Origin: an uncultured Eggerthellaceae bacterium
Lineage (GTDB): Bacteria > Actinomycetota > Coriobacteriia > Coriobacteriales > Eggerthellaceae
Reading direction: 5' to 3'
Length of the DNA: 64,000 bases
Assembly (NCBI GenBank): GCA_937892845.1
Contig: CALBGP010000031.1
Coordinates: 9,357-73,356 of the forward strand
In this document: piece after piece, positions 46,858 through 55,668 of the stretch
Layout of the letters: each line of letters begins with the position of its first letter
Position numbering within the stretch: the stretch's first letter is position 1
Program-made: the position numbers and the translations under genes
Notes under the pieces: generated by a model
The model's database searches: none
What the model was told of the DNA's origin: nothing
The model's input: only the letters and a program-made list of their open reading frames with translations

Positions 46858-47411
46858 TGGAACACCACGATAGCCACGGCCACCACGATAGCCACGGTCA
46901 CCACGATAGCCACGGCCACCACCATCACCACGAAGAGCCCTCCGTCACCTTCGCCATCGTGACCTGCTCGGACACCCGCGACATCAGCCAGGATACTGCG
47001 GGGGCAGCGCTTGAAGAGCTCATCGCCGAACGCGGCTGGATTTGCGCGGGGCGCGTTGTCGTCAAAGACGAGCGTGCCGATATCGCCGTCGCAATTGCCC
47101 GCGCGGCCGATAAAGACGAGGTCGATGTGGTGCTGACGTGCGGAGGAAGCGGTCTTTCCCTGCGCGATGTCACCCCGGAGGCAACACGCGACGTGTGCGA
47201 TCGGGAGGTCCCCGGCATAGCCGAGGGAATGCGCGCCTACAGCATGCAGTTCACGCCGCGCGCCATGCTCTCCCGGGCAACGTGCATGCAACGCGGACGC
47301 ACCCTGGTCATCAATCTTCCCGGCAGCGAGAAGGCCGCCCGCGAAAACTGGGCAGGGATAGCAGATGTGCTCCCCCACGCCGTCTCCATGATGGCTGGCG
47401 GCGGGCACTGA
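46857..47411 (+). CDS. MogA/MoaB-family molybdopterin adenylyltransferase with a His-rich N-terminal extension
   Basis: TCGGSGLSLRDVTPEAT...EVPGIAEGMR...LINLPGSEKAA closely resembles E. coli MogA. TAATG overlap with moeA. N-terminus MEHHDSHGHHDSHGHHDSHGHHHHH. Confidence 0.85.
   Translation: MEHHDSHGHHDSHGHHDSHGHHHHHEEPSVTFAIVTCSDTRDISQDTAGAALEELIAERGWICAGRVVVKDERADIAVAIARAADKDEVDVVLTCGGSGLSLRDVTPEATRDVCDREVPGIAEGMRAYSMQFTPRAMLSRATCMQRGRTLVINLPGSEKAARENWAGIADVLPHAVSMMAGGGH
46863..46916 (+). repeat. In-frame tandem repeat, 18 bp x 3 (CACCACGATAGCCACGG[C/T]), encoding (HHDSHG)3
   Basis: Read directly. Followed by CAC CAC CAT CAC CAC. Confidence 0.9.
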
Positions 47412-47478
47412 CGCTTTCGCCGAAGCCTCGACGATTCCGGAAACCGCAGCCAGCGCCAACTCGCATGGCTACGTTGAA

Positions 47479-47519
47479 AACCGCCCCCGTTTCTCAGACA
47501 GCGAGAAGCGGGGGCGGTT
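47479..47519. terminator. Terminator hairpin between convergent mog and moaC (AACCGCCCCCGTTTCTC-7 nt-GAGAAGCGGGGGCGGTT)
   Basis: 17-bp stem with one G.U/mismatch. On the minus strand it is followed by TTTTC. Confidence 0.65.
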
Positions 47520-47617
47520 CATTGCCGTGCGGGTTTTTCAAGGGTCTTTGCACCGCTATGCGGGTTTTCGGGGCTCCAATTATTTACCTGCTGCACCGGA
47601 GCAGTACGGGTCTTCGC

Positions 47618-48121
47618 CTATGCGTCTCGCAGCCACAAACCGGTTTTGCCGCCGTCTTTCTTCAGCAGGCGGACATCCATAATTTCCATGCCGCGATCGA
47701 CGGCTTTGCACATGTCGTATACGGTCAAACAGGCCACACTGGCAGCGGTGAGCGCTTCCATCTCGATTCCCGTCTTGCCCGTCACACCGCAGGTTGCCAG
47801 CACATGGATGCCGACGCGCCCATCAGGACGCTCACCGGGAAGAACGGACGCGCACTCCACCTTCGCCTTGGTGATGTTGAGCGGATGGCACATGGGAATC
47901 AGATCGCTGGTCTTCTTGGCGGCCATCACGCCGGCAACGCGTGCACATGCCAGGACATCGCCTTTCGCGGCGCTTCCCGTGGTAATCAGGTCAAGCGTCT
48001 CCTGATGCATGGCTATGAATCCTTCCGCCACGGCAATGCGTTCGGTATCGGCCTTTTGGGACACATCGACCATGCGGACGTCTCCGGTCTCGTCGATATG
48101 CGTGAGCTTATGCTCTTCCAT
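47618..48121 (-). CDS. moaC: Cyclic pyranopterin monophosphate synthase
   Basis: [16 protein letters not shown]...[27 protein letters not shown]...[12 protein letters not shown]. Start at MEEHKL (48121). Confidence 0.9.
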   Translation of the reverse strand: MEEHKLTHIDETGDVRMVDVSQKADTERIAVAEGFIAMHQETLDLITTGSAAKGDVLACARVAGVMAAKKTSDLIPMCHPLNITKAKVECASVLPGERPDGRVGIHVLATCGVTGKTGIEMEALTAASVACLTVYDMCKAVDRGMEIMDVRLLKKDGGKTGLWLRDA

Positions 48122-48195
48122 GTTCCCGCCTTCCAATCTCAATGGCGCGCATGCGCCGTTCATACAGATTCCAAGCCCTTGCAGCGTTTCGATGA

Positions 48196-49200
48196 TCAGC
48201 CACCAATCTTGCTCATCCCGCGCTCGGTGCCAACCTTGTCGTGATGGTCATCAGGCTTCGCGCCCAATGCGGTCAGAAGCGTTGCGCGGATTCCCTCATC
48301 ATCACCGGCGCGAGCTGCGGTGCGAACATCGTATTCGTTGTCTGAGAACAGGCACGGGCGGATCTTTCCATCGGCGGTCAGGCGCAAACGGTTGCATTCG
48401 CTGCAGAAATGCCTGGACAGAGGGGAGATGAACCCTACCGTACCCTGCGCGTTCTCGAATTCGTAGTAACGGGCGGGACCCCAACCCTTGGGCGTGTGTT
48501 TGACGGCGGGAACCAGCTCCCCAATGCCCGCTTCCACAGCCTGCTCGTTGATGCGTGCAAGCAGCTCTTCGCTGGCAACCACGTCCTTCTTGCCCCAGCC
48601 CAATCCATCGGAGCCCGTGCTCTCACCCACGGGCATGTACTCGATGAAGCGTACGTGCAGCGGGCGGTCGATGGACATCTTCGCGAAACCGAAGACATCC
48701 TGGTCCAAAGAGCGCACCACAACGGAATTGAGCTTGACGGGAGCAAAGCCCGCCTCAAGCGCGGCATCGATTCCCGCAAGCGCGTCTTCCAGCTTGCCCA
48801 GGCGCGTGATCTGGGTGTACTGCTCAGGATCGAGCGTGTCCAAAGAGATGTTCACGCGCGAAAGACCGGCTTCGGCAAGCTCTTCGGCCATGCGCGGGAG
48901 CAGAATTCCGTTGGTGGTAAGCGCCACCGAATCAATTCCCGGCGTAGCCTTGATGGCGCGGATCAAATCGACCACGCCCTTGCGCACCAAAGGCTCGCCG
49001 CCGGTCAAGCGTATGCGAGAGATCCCCATGTCAGCCGCAACGCGGACAATGCGCTCAATCTCTTCGATACGCAAGATCTCATCGTGGGAAAGCGAGCAGA
49101 CGCCTTCAGCGGGCATACAGTAGATGCAGCGCAGATTGCAACGATCGGTCAGCGAAATGCGCAGGTAGTCGATGGTTCTCCCGTGTGAATCCTTCATCAA
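48196..49200 (-). CDS. moaA: GTP 3',8-cyclase (radical SAM)
   Basis: [19 protein letters not shown] radical-SAM cluster motif and the C-terminal [19 protein letters not shown] second cluster. Confidence 0.95.
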   Translation of the reverse strand: MMKDSHGRTIDYLRISLTDRCNLRCIYCMPAEGVCSLSHDEILRIEEIERIVRVAADMGISRIRLTGGEPLVRKGVVDLIRAIKATPGIDSVALTTNGILLPRMAEELAEAGLSRVNISLDTLDPEQYTQITRLGKLEDALAGIDAALEAGFAPVKLNSVVVRSLDQDVFGFAKMSIDRPLHVRFIEYMPVGESTGSDGLGWGKKDVVASEELLARINEQAVEAGIGELVPAVKHTPKGWGPARYYEFENAQGTVGFISPLSRHFCSECNRLRLTADGKIRPCLFSDNEYDVRTAARAGDDEGIRATLLTALGAKPDDHHDKVGTERGMSKIGG

Positions 49201-49290
49201 TCCCCCTCTATCTATCTTTTCTCAGAATAGTATAGCGAAGTTCTGCAGCGCATGCCCCCCGTAAATGGGACCCGCGCATGGCAGCCGACA

Positions 49291-50403
49291 TCATCGCGTA
49301 ACAAGGTACACCTTCTTCGGCGGAATGCGGATCCAAAGCTCCTCCCCTTCCTGGGGAAGCGAGTCCGCGGAAGCGTGAAGCGTGTCAATCCTCCAGAAAA
49401 GATGCTGGTGCAGATATTTCATCTCATCATCGGTGCGCTGGACGGTGGCTGCAAACTCCTCGCTGCGATCGAGGAAGCCCAGCAGGACCGTGCGCTCGAA
49501 GCGCGAATCGCTCACACGGTCCACGCGCACCCGAAATGCGTTGCGTCCCGGACCGTCTGCGCGCTCGATGAAAAACGCCCGGATGCCCATGTGCGCCACG
49601 TCATGCGGCACGGGTTCATCCATTTCCAGCTCAATGCCCCACTTGGGCAACATGACATGGAATTCGTCGACATACATGGCGTCGGTAGCGTTCTTGCAGC
49701 CTGAAAGCTTGATTCCGGCCATCGACTGCGGCGCATCCACCAGGTCCCTGCCCGTCCCCATCTCCACAATGCGGCCGGAATCAACCACGGCAATGCGGTC
49801 GCAGAACCGCAGCGCCTCATCGATGTCGTGGCTGATGTACAGAATCGTTCCATCGAATGCGTCGAACAAGCTGACGAGGTTCTGCTCCAAAACGCTTTTC
49901 AGATGCGCATCCAGCGCCGAAAACGGCTCATCGAGCATCAGGATCCCGGGCTTCGCCGCCAGCATGCGGGCAAGGGCCACACGCTGCTGCTGGCCACCCG
50001 AAAGCTGGGCGGGATACCGGCGGCGAAACGTCTCAAGGCCGAATCTGCGCAGCTCGCCGGAGACAATCTCATCCCGCTTTTCGCGGGGCACGTCTCGACC
50101 TATGCCCGCAGCCACATTCTGCTCCACGGTGAAGTTGGGAAACAGCATGTAATTCTGAAACAGCAGGGCCGTTTTGCGCTCCTGCGGGGATAAATTGATC
50201 TTCTCATCGGAATCGAAGAACACCTTCCCGTTCACCACGATGCGCCCCTCATCAGGGACTTCGATTCCGGCTATACAGCGAAGCGTCAGGCTTTTGCCGC
50301 ACCCCGATGCCCCCAGGAAACCAAGCGTTTCCTTACCGGCCGCGAAATCAACGTCAAGGGTGAATGTGGGAAACGCCTTCTTGATGCGTACTTCCAAGCT
50401 CAT
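49291..50403 (-). CDS. modC: Molybdate (or sulfate/tungstate-type) ABC transporter ATP-binding protein with a C-terminal TOBE-like domain
   Basis: GASGCGKSLTLR, LSGGQQQRVALAR, LMLDEPFSALD. Assigned from context with modB and modA. Confidence 0.8.
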   Translation of the reverse strand: MSLEVRIKKAFPTFTLDVDFAAGKETLGFLGASGCGKSLTLRCIAGIEVPDEGRIVVNGKVFFDSDEKINLSPQERKTALLFQNYMLFPNFTVEQNVAAGIGRDVPREKRDEIVSGELRRFGLETFRRRYPAQLSGGQQQRVALARMLAAKPGILMLDEPFSALDAHLKSVLEQNLVSLFDAFDGTILYISHDIDEALRFCDRIAVVDSGRIVEMGTGRDLVDAPQSMAGIKLSGCKNATDAMYVDEFHVMLPKWGIELEMDEPVPHDVAHMGIRAFFIERADGPGRNAFRVRVDRVSDSRFERTVLLGFLDRSEEFAATVQRTDDEMKYLHQHLFWRIDTLHASADSLPQEGEELWIRIPPKKVYLVTR

Positions 50404-50413
50404 AGCGTCCTCC

Positions 50414-51835
50414 TCATTCCGCCACGCCGCGGCGGTACTTCGTGGTCCTACGGCTCCAAAGATTGATGAACAGAATCACGATGAAGCTGAAGATGATGAT
50501 GATCACCGTCCAGAAAATGGCGATGTCCGTATTTCCGTTCATCCATTCGAAATAGATGGCAATGGGAATCGTGCGCGTGATGCCCAGATAGTTGCCCGCC
50601 AGAAATAGCGTGGCTCCGAATTCCCCCAACGCACGGGCGAACGCGAGAACCGTGCCCGCCGCTATGGAGCTCCACGCCAATGGAAGCATGAGCCGGAAGA
50701 ATATGCGCGCATTGCTCCATCCTAAGGTTCGTGCGGCATCGAGCATGTTCGGATCCAAGCCCTCGAACGCTCCGCGGGCGCTGCGATACATAAGGGGAAA
50801 CGCAACCACCACGGCCGCAATTACCGTTGCCGGCCAGCTGAACACCAAAGGAAAGCCCACGTCAATGAACCATTGTCCGAGCGCTGTATTGCGCCCGAAG
50901 GCCAAAAGGAGCAAAAAACCGCACACCGTGGGCGGCAGCACCATGGGTATGGTGAAGATGGAGTCCACGAAATCTTGGACGCGAGACGGGATCCGCAAGC
51001 TGAAATACGCGGCAGCAAGGCCCAGAACGAAAATGAACACGATAGCGGTAAGCGAGGTTTTCAGGGTGATGAAAAGCGGACTCATGTCTATTGAACCGAT
51101 GAACTGCAGAAATGCATCGAATCCCGTAGCCGCCTGCGAAACGGCCACCCCCTGCGCGGGGGAGACCTGCGCAAAATCAACCTGGGTAATATCCACGTGC
51201 ACAGGGCTGGACGAATCGGTCACATCCGATCCGTCCGCACCCACGACAACCGTGAAGAAGCGGCCTTCCTGCACCTCGCGGTCGAATTCGAAACGCACGC
51301 CATCTCGCTCGTAGGAGGATTCGGAGGTAAACACCCACTCCGCATCCGTACCGAGCATCGGCCCGCCCTTCGCATTCGCGTTGTCCAATCCGATGAGCAT
51401 CGCTGCAAGTCGGGGGTCCTGCGCGAGCTCTTCGAGCGAAAAGGCCAGGTCATCGAGCACCGATTCGGGAACGTAGACCACCGTGTAATCCGCGGTGACC
51501 ACGGCGCACAAGCGCCCAGGGGAATTGGCGGCGTAGTAGCAGTAACCCACGAAAGAGCCGTCATCGGCCCAACGCGCACTGCCCGCCTGAGCACGGGAGA
51601 ATTTCTCGAACGCGAAAGGAGCGTCGCACGCCGCAGAGCGTCCGCCTTCGTCCACCGCCGCAGCGGGCAACTGCTCGGATGAGAGCTGCACAGACTGCAC
51701 TGCCGAGGGACCATTCCCGGTTTCGTCCTCCGGTTGCGCCACGGGAGTTTCGCCCCCGAACGCCGTGCACGGAACACCCGCAACAAGCAGCGCAACTCCC
51801 AGCGCCGCAAGCCAATTCCGCATCCTTTTCATCAA
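50414..51835 (-). CDS. modB: ModB-type ABC permease fused to a roughly 250-aa N-terminal signal-anchored extracytoplasmic domain
   Basis: The C-terminal 225 aa match ModB/CysTW (FPLMYRSARGAFEGLDPNMLDAARTLG EAA loop). The N-terminus has a signal/anchor (WLAALGVALLVAGVPCTAFG) followed by a soluble domain of unknown family. Confidence 0.85.
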   Translation of the reverse strand: MMKRMRNWLAALGVALLVAGVPCTAFGGETPVAQPEDETGNGPSAVQSVQLSSEQLPAAAVDEGGRSAACDAPFAFEKFSRAQAGSARWADDGSFVGYCYYAANSPGRLCAVVTADYTVVYVPESVLDDLAFSLEELAQDPRLAAMLIGLDNANAKGGPMLGTDAEWVFTSESSYERDGVRFEFDREVQEGRFFTVVVGADGSDVTDSSSPVHVDITQVDFAQVSPAQGVAVSQAATGFDAFLQFIGSIDMSPLFITLKTSLTAIVFIFVLGLAAAYFSLRIPSRVQDFVDSIFTIPMVLPPTVCGFLLLLAFGRNTALGQWFIDVGFPLVFSWPATVIAAVVVAFPLMYRSARGAFEGLDPNMLDAARTLGWSNARIFFRLMLPLAWSSIAAGTVLAFARALGEFGATLFLAGNYLGITRTIPIAIYFEWMNGNTDIAIFWTVIIIIFSFIVILFINLWSRRTTKYRRGVAE

Positions 51836-51968
51836 GCTCCCCGCTCCCCGAATACGAAGGGATGGGCACCCGCATGGGCGCCCATCTCCGGTTCAACCTC
51901 TTCCGCTTCGCCTCCCCCATGCAACGCACGGGGCACTGCCCTGCGATGCGCTGCAGACGCAAGCGGTT

Positions 51969-52889
51969 CTATTTCGTGACCAGCTCGAAATTCCACTCCT
52001 GCCAGATGGCCAGAGCGCCCTCATCGGTTGAGGCCCACTCAAGGAAATCCCCAACAGCCTGGGCATTCTCCGTGTTCGCAACGACAGCGGCAGGATAGAC
52101 GATGTTCTTGTGGGCATCCGCAGGCACCACGCACACCACCTTGATGCCCTTATCGGCGAAACGCGACACATCGGAAGTGTACACGAAACCCAAGTCGGTA
52201 GAGCCGGACCCAACCTGAGTTGCCACGTCGCCGACCTTTTCGACCAGGTTCACCTTGCCCTCAAGCGGCGTGCCGGCATACGCATCGGTGCCATCGGACT
52301 TGCCCTTGCTCTCAGCGCCCACCTTTCCTTCGGGGTCATTGAAGCACCCAACGGTGGAAAGCGCCTGGTTCGCATAGTTTCCGGCGGGCACGGAGTCAGA
52401 ACCCACCGTCACCGTGTAATCACCGCTGGCGATATCCGCCAATTCCAGCTGATCGATATCGGAATCGGCGGGGGCAATCACGACAAGGTCATTGCGGAAC
52501 ATGTCGAAACGCGTACCGTCATCGACGAGGCCCTTTTCAACCGCCGTATCCATGGTTCCCTTGGAGGCCGTGATCAAAAGATCGGCGGGAGCACCGCCTT
52601 CAAGCTGGGCCACCAGATCTCCGGATGCAAGATACTGCGGGTCGGCGAACGTAACGCCGGGATGTTCGGCTTCGTAGAGGTCAATCGCTTCATCCATGGC
52701 CTTCTGCAGAGAGTTGGCCGCGAATATCTGAATCTGGACGGGCTCCTGCGTTGCCTGATCGCCCGATGCCGCACCTGCATTGTCTGCGGAATCCCCAGAC
52801 CCCGATCCCGCACAACCTGCAAGCAGCAGAGAACCAGCCAGTGCGCCCGCAAACGCCAATGCGCCGACCTTCTTCCATTTCTTATTCAT
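51969..52889 (-). CDS. modA: Molybdate-binding lipoprotein (ABC substrate-binding protein)
   Basis: Lipobox LLLAGC. IQIFAANSL...ASGDLVAQLEGGAPADLLITAS matches the ModA pattern. Confidence 0.85.
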   Translation of the reverse strand: MNKKWKKVGALAFAGALAGSLLLAGCAGSGSGDSADNAGAASGDQATQEPVQIQIFAANSLQKAMDEAIDLYEAEHPGVTFADPQYLASGDLVAQLEGGAPADLLITASKGTMDTAVEKGLVDDGTRFDMFRNDLVVIAPADSDIDQLELADIASGDYTVTVGSDSVPAGNYANQALSTVGCFNDPEGKVGAESKGKSDGTDAYAGTPLEGKVNLVEKVGDVATQVGSGSTDLGFVYTSDVSRFADKGIKVVCVVPADAHKNIVYPAAVVANTENAQAVGDFLEWASTDEGALAIWQEWNFELVTK

Positions 52890-53047
52890 GGCCCTATCCC
52901 CTCCATCCTAAAGCATCTCACGATGCCCGCGATTTCGCGACTTCGCTACTTCGTTCGCTATTATTCTCTTATGAGTATAACCAGTCAAGAGGAATTCCTT
53001 AGGCCGATCTTGCGGCAGCGCCCGCAACCGCCCCTGCAGCCGGCCCC

Positions 53048-53091
53048 GCGAACGGACCGCGAACGGACCGCGAACGGACCGCAAGCGGACC
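53048..53091. repeat. Tandem repeat, 11 bp x 4 (GCGAACGGACC x3 plus a degenerate GCAAGCGGACC)
   Basis: Read directly. Confidence 0.85.
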
Positions 53092-53168
53092 ACGCGGCCG
53101 GCCCAGCGCTCGGCCCGACGGCCGCCACGGCGACCGCCCAAGTGTTGCGGGAAGAATCGGGCGTCCGC

Positions 53169-53342
53169 TGGCCAGATACGGACGAAATGCATGGCATCGG
53201 GCGTGCATTTCGCCCGTATCCGGCCGCCGCATCCGGCACGTGTCCTCCAGCGCGCCCCGTTTCCCCAGGTCAGCGTCGAGGACATAGAAGAGGGCGTCTC
53301 ACGCTCCAGAATCCACCCGTACATTTCGTCCATATCTGGCCA
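53169..53342 (-). repeat. MITE/REP-like element, copy B (inverted relative to copy A)
   Basis: 53319-53342 is the exact reverse complement of 26661-26684 (24/24). 53169-53191 is identical to the copy-A hairpin arm. The inner arm at 53204-53225 carries 2 mismatches. The spacer shares CTGACCTGGGGA. Confidence 0.8.
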
Positions 53343-53425
53343 CAAGGGCCGCAAATTCTCCCGTCGCCGCCGGAAAGCGCCGAAGAACCACAGAGGACGA
53401 CCGATACGGAAGCCATCGCACAGAA

Positions 53426-53459
53426 AACGGCCCGGCGCATCAGAAGCTGCCGGGCCGTT
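53426..53459. terminator. Terminator hairpin AACGGCCCGGC-12 nt-GCCGGGCCGTT with T-runs on both strands
   Basis: Read directly. Lies 124 nt downstream of the minus-strand membrane-protein gene. Confidence 0.6.
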
Positions 53460-53582
53460 TGATTTGAAACATTCGGGGAAGGGCTCCGCAAAAGCCCGCT
53501 TACCCCTCCCATGCGCTCGGGCCGCCAGCGGCTTGGAGGCGCCCTGCGCTCCAAGCCGCCGTTTGCGGCAGACATCCTGCCT

Positions 53583-54545
53583 TTAGCGATTCTCTTCCAC
53601 GACGGCCTTGTACTTCGGTGAGTCCGTGTACAGCTCGTCGGTCAAGGGGTTCAGGCGCTTCTTGCGGATGGTGCGCAGCTGGTACACCGCCACAGCGGCA
53701 TTGGCCAGCAGGGCAATCAAGCTCACCACGAAGAAGGCGGTGGGATTATGCGTGGTGGGGATAGGGGCCAAAACGTCTGCGAACTGGGGAACCGTCATGA
53801 TGAACATGATCCACAGGGCAAGCGTCTGCGCACGATGCTGCAGCCATGCACCGCGCTTGATGAAAAACGTCGGGATGGTGCAGGAGAGCAGCAGCGCCAA
53901 GCCGCAATAGGCGGAGTGGTCGGAGATGCAGTTGTAGGTGTAGGCGAAGTTCCACAAGTCGTACGCGATGATCCAAAACCACAGCATGTCGGGCCAGATC
54001 ATATCGCGGCTCTTGTCCTTGGAGATCATGATGCCGAACCAACCGCAGATGGTGACGATGTTCAGAATGCCGGCGATGCCGTTCATGATGTTCCACGGGC
54101 CGGAAATGGTCCACAGGTTCTCAACCGTGCCGCCAATCCACAAGCCGAAGCTGAACACCTGGAAATCACGGATGACAGCCTCTGCGATGTTGATGGCCAG
54201 AATCAGCGGCGGGAAGCACAGCGCCCACTTCTTCTCATACAGGTGGTGCACCTGACCATCCTTGCCCGTCCACTTGACGAAGCGCAGAGCCATGAACCCA
54301 ACGCAACCCGCCAAGGCCGAATAGGTTTTCACCCAGTTGAACCACGTACCGGTACCGTACTCGTTGCCGGGGGCGGCAGTGGTGGGCCATACGAAGATGG
54401 TCAGAAACACCGGCACCACGACGAACAGCGCGATGCCTCCCCAGAGCTTGACTCGCCCAAGCTCGTTGAATGCCATAAGCGCGAACAGAACGAACAGCCA
54501 GATGAACCAATACGACATGTCCGCTGCTTGGTACAGTATACCCAT
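53583..54545 (-). CDS. Uncharacterised multi-pass membrane protein (paralogue of 8846-9862)
   Basis: 320 aa. Shares blocks GPWNIMNGIAGILN, WFWIIAYDLWNFAYTYN and GTWFNWVKTYS with the first copy. Confidence 0.75.
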   Translation of the reverse strand: MGILYQAADMSYWFIWLFVLFALMAFNELGRVKLWGGIALFVVVPVFLTIFVWPTTAAPGNEYGTGTWFNWVKTYSALAGCVGFMALRFVKWTGKDGQVHHLYEKKWALCFPPLILAINIAEAVIRDFQVFSFGLWIGGTVENLWTISGPWNIMNGIAGILNIVTICGWFGIMISKDKSRDMIWPDMLWFWIIAYDLWNFAYTYNCISDHSAYCGLALLLSCTIPTFFIKRGAWLQHRAQTLALWIMFIMTVPQFADVLAPIPTTHNPTAFFVVSLIALLANAAVAVYQLRTIRKKRLNPLTDELYTDSPKYKAVVEENR

Positions 54546-54650
54546 GGCAAACCCCTCTCTCTTCTCTCTTGTTGTCTACCGTACGGCGAAGATACCAAGA
54601 AAGATTCCGGGAGTTTTGACAATTTGCCATTGAGCCGTCAAGACAGGGTG

Positions 54651-55223
54651 TCAACGTTGGCCGCTGCGCCAAGGCGGCGGATCTATCACGCGCATGTCCA
54701 GATGCAACGACTGAGCCACCAGCTGCGCCACCTGCTCATCGGTGATATCCGGATACGCCCGCAGCACGCCGGCGACTCCGTAAAGGACCATGGCGAACAT
54801 CTCGGGCACCGACTCTATGGCGATGCTGTGGTACGCAGCGTATTCCATCACCACATCATGGTGGATGCACTCGACGGCCGCCAAGACTGCGCGCCGGCCG
54901 AATTCATCACGAATCCCCAGTTCATCGATAACGCCGAACATGGGACGATTATGTCCGGACGCGTCGAAAAGGACACGGCGGAAAGCGGCCACGCAATGCA
55001 GCAGCTCCCCCGGTGTATCACCGAAGACGCGGGATTCATTCCAGATGCCGATGGTGTCGAGCACGTCTTCAATGTAGTCATCGACTACCGCATCTACAAG
55101 CGATTGCTTATCCGGGAAGTAATAGTAGACCAGCCCGCGGGCGACGCCCGCCTCTTTCGCCACCGCGGCAATCGAAGTGGCCTGCACACCGTCGCGCTCG
55201 AAAAGCGACCGTGCGCTCTGCAT
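54651..55223 (-). CDS. TetR/AcrR-family transcriptional regulator
   Basis: SLFERDGVQATSIAAVAKEAGVARGLVYYYF HTH. Start set at ATG 55223 (GGGGAG upstream), giving about 190 aa. The track ORF extends to 55532 through a Gly/Cys/Arg-rich stretch that is unlikely to be coding. The start remains uncertain. Confidence 0.7.
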   Translation of the reverse strand: MQSARSLFERDGVQATSIAAVAKEAGVARGLVYYYFPDKQSLVDAVVDDYIEDVLDTIGIWNESRVFGDTPGELLHCVAAFRRVLFDASGHNRPMFGVIDELGIRDEFGRRAVLAAVECIHHDVVMEYAAYHSIAIESVPEMFAMVLYGVAGVLRAYPDITDEQVAQLVAQSLHLDMRVIDPPPWRSGQR

Positions 55224-55598
55224 GATCTCCCCGGCTTTGCCCCCAAGCCGGGCAGAGGTTCGAATGCGCCGGAACGCCGCCGGATGGATGGCATGGGAGC
55301 CCCCGCAACTACGGGAATCCCCACAGCCATGGGTGCCCCCGCGACGCACGTCTTCTCCCGCACCTGACCCGATGCAGGCATCAGGCGCAGCAGCATGCAT
55401 CGCAGCGCAGCAGGAATCCGCCTGCTCCACGGATCGACGCCGATCGCCAAGCCGACCACTCGCCGCCACAGCAACCTCCTGACCGCATCCCTTCGAATCG
55501 CCGAGCCCGACGCAAGGGCGGACCGGCGGCATGCAGACCCGCAGCTGAACCCGGGTGCACCGAAATTATAACCCCTGCCGGCAGCGCATGACGCGAAC

Positions 55599-55622
55599 CA
55601 TCCGAACCATTTGGTTCGGATG
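55599..55622. promoter_or_regulatory. Perfect palindrome CATCCGAACCA-TT-TGGTTCGGATG overlapping a putative -35 (TTGGTT-17-TATACT)
   Basis: 11-bp inverted repeat read directly. TATACT at 55634-55639. Lies 47 nt upstream of the GTG start of the ModE-N-like gene. Confidence 0.5.
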
Positions 55623-55668
55623 TGGATACACGCTATACTGAATAGGTTATTCCGAAGAGAGGGGAACC

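Noticed and set aside
52890-53010. Moco (molybdenum cofactor) riboswitch upstream of modA or moaA.
   Set aside because: The apparent leaders are too short for the roughly 130-140-nt motif. The modA leader runs about 80 nt from a TTGACT...AATAAT promoter-like pair, and 90 nt lie between modC and moaA. I could not recognise its conserved stems. A CM scan would settle it.
54651-55532. Possible Cys/Gly-rich N-terminal metal-binding extension on the second TetR (…GGTHGCGDSRSCGGSH…).
   Set aside because: A start at ATG 55223 with an upstream GGGGAG gives a standard 190-aa TetR. The extension has shadow-ORF composition. I keep this as an uncertainty rather than a finding.
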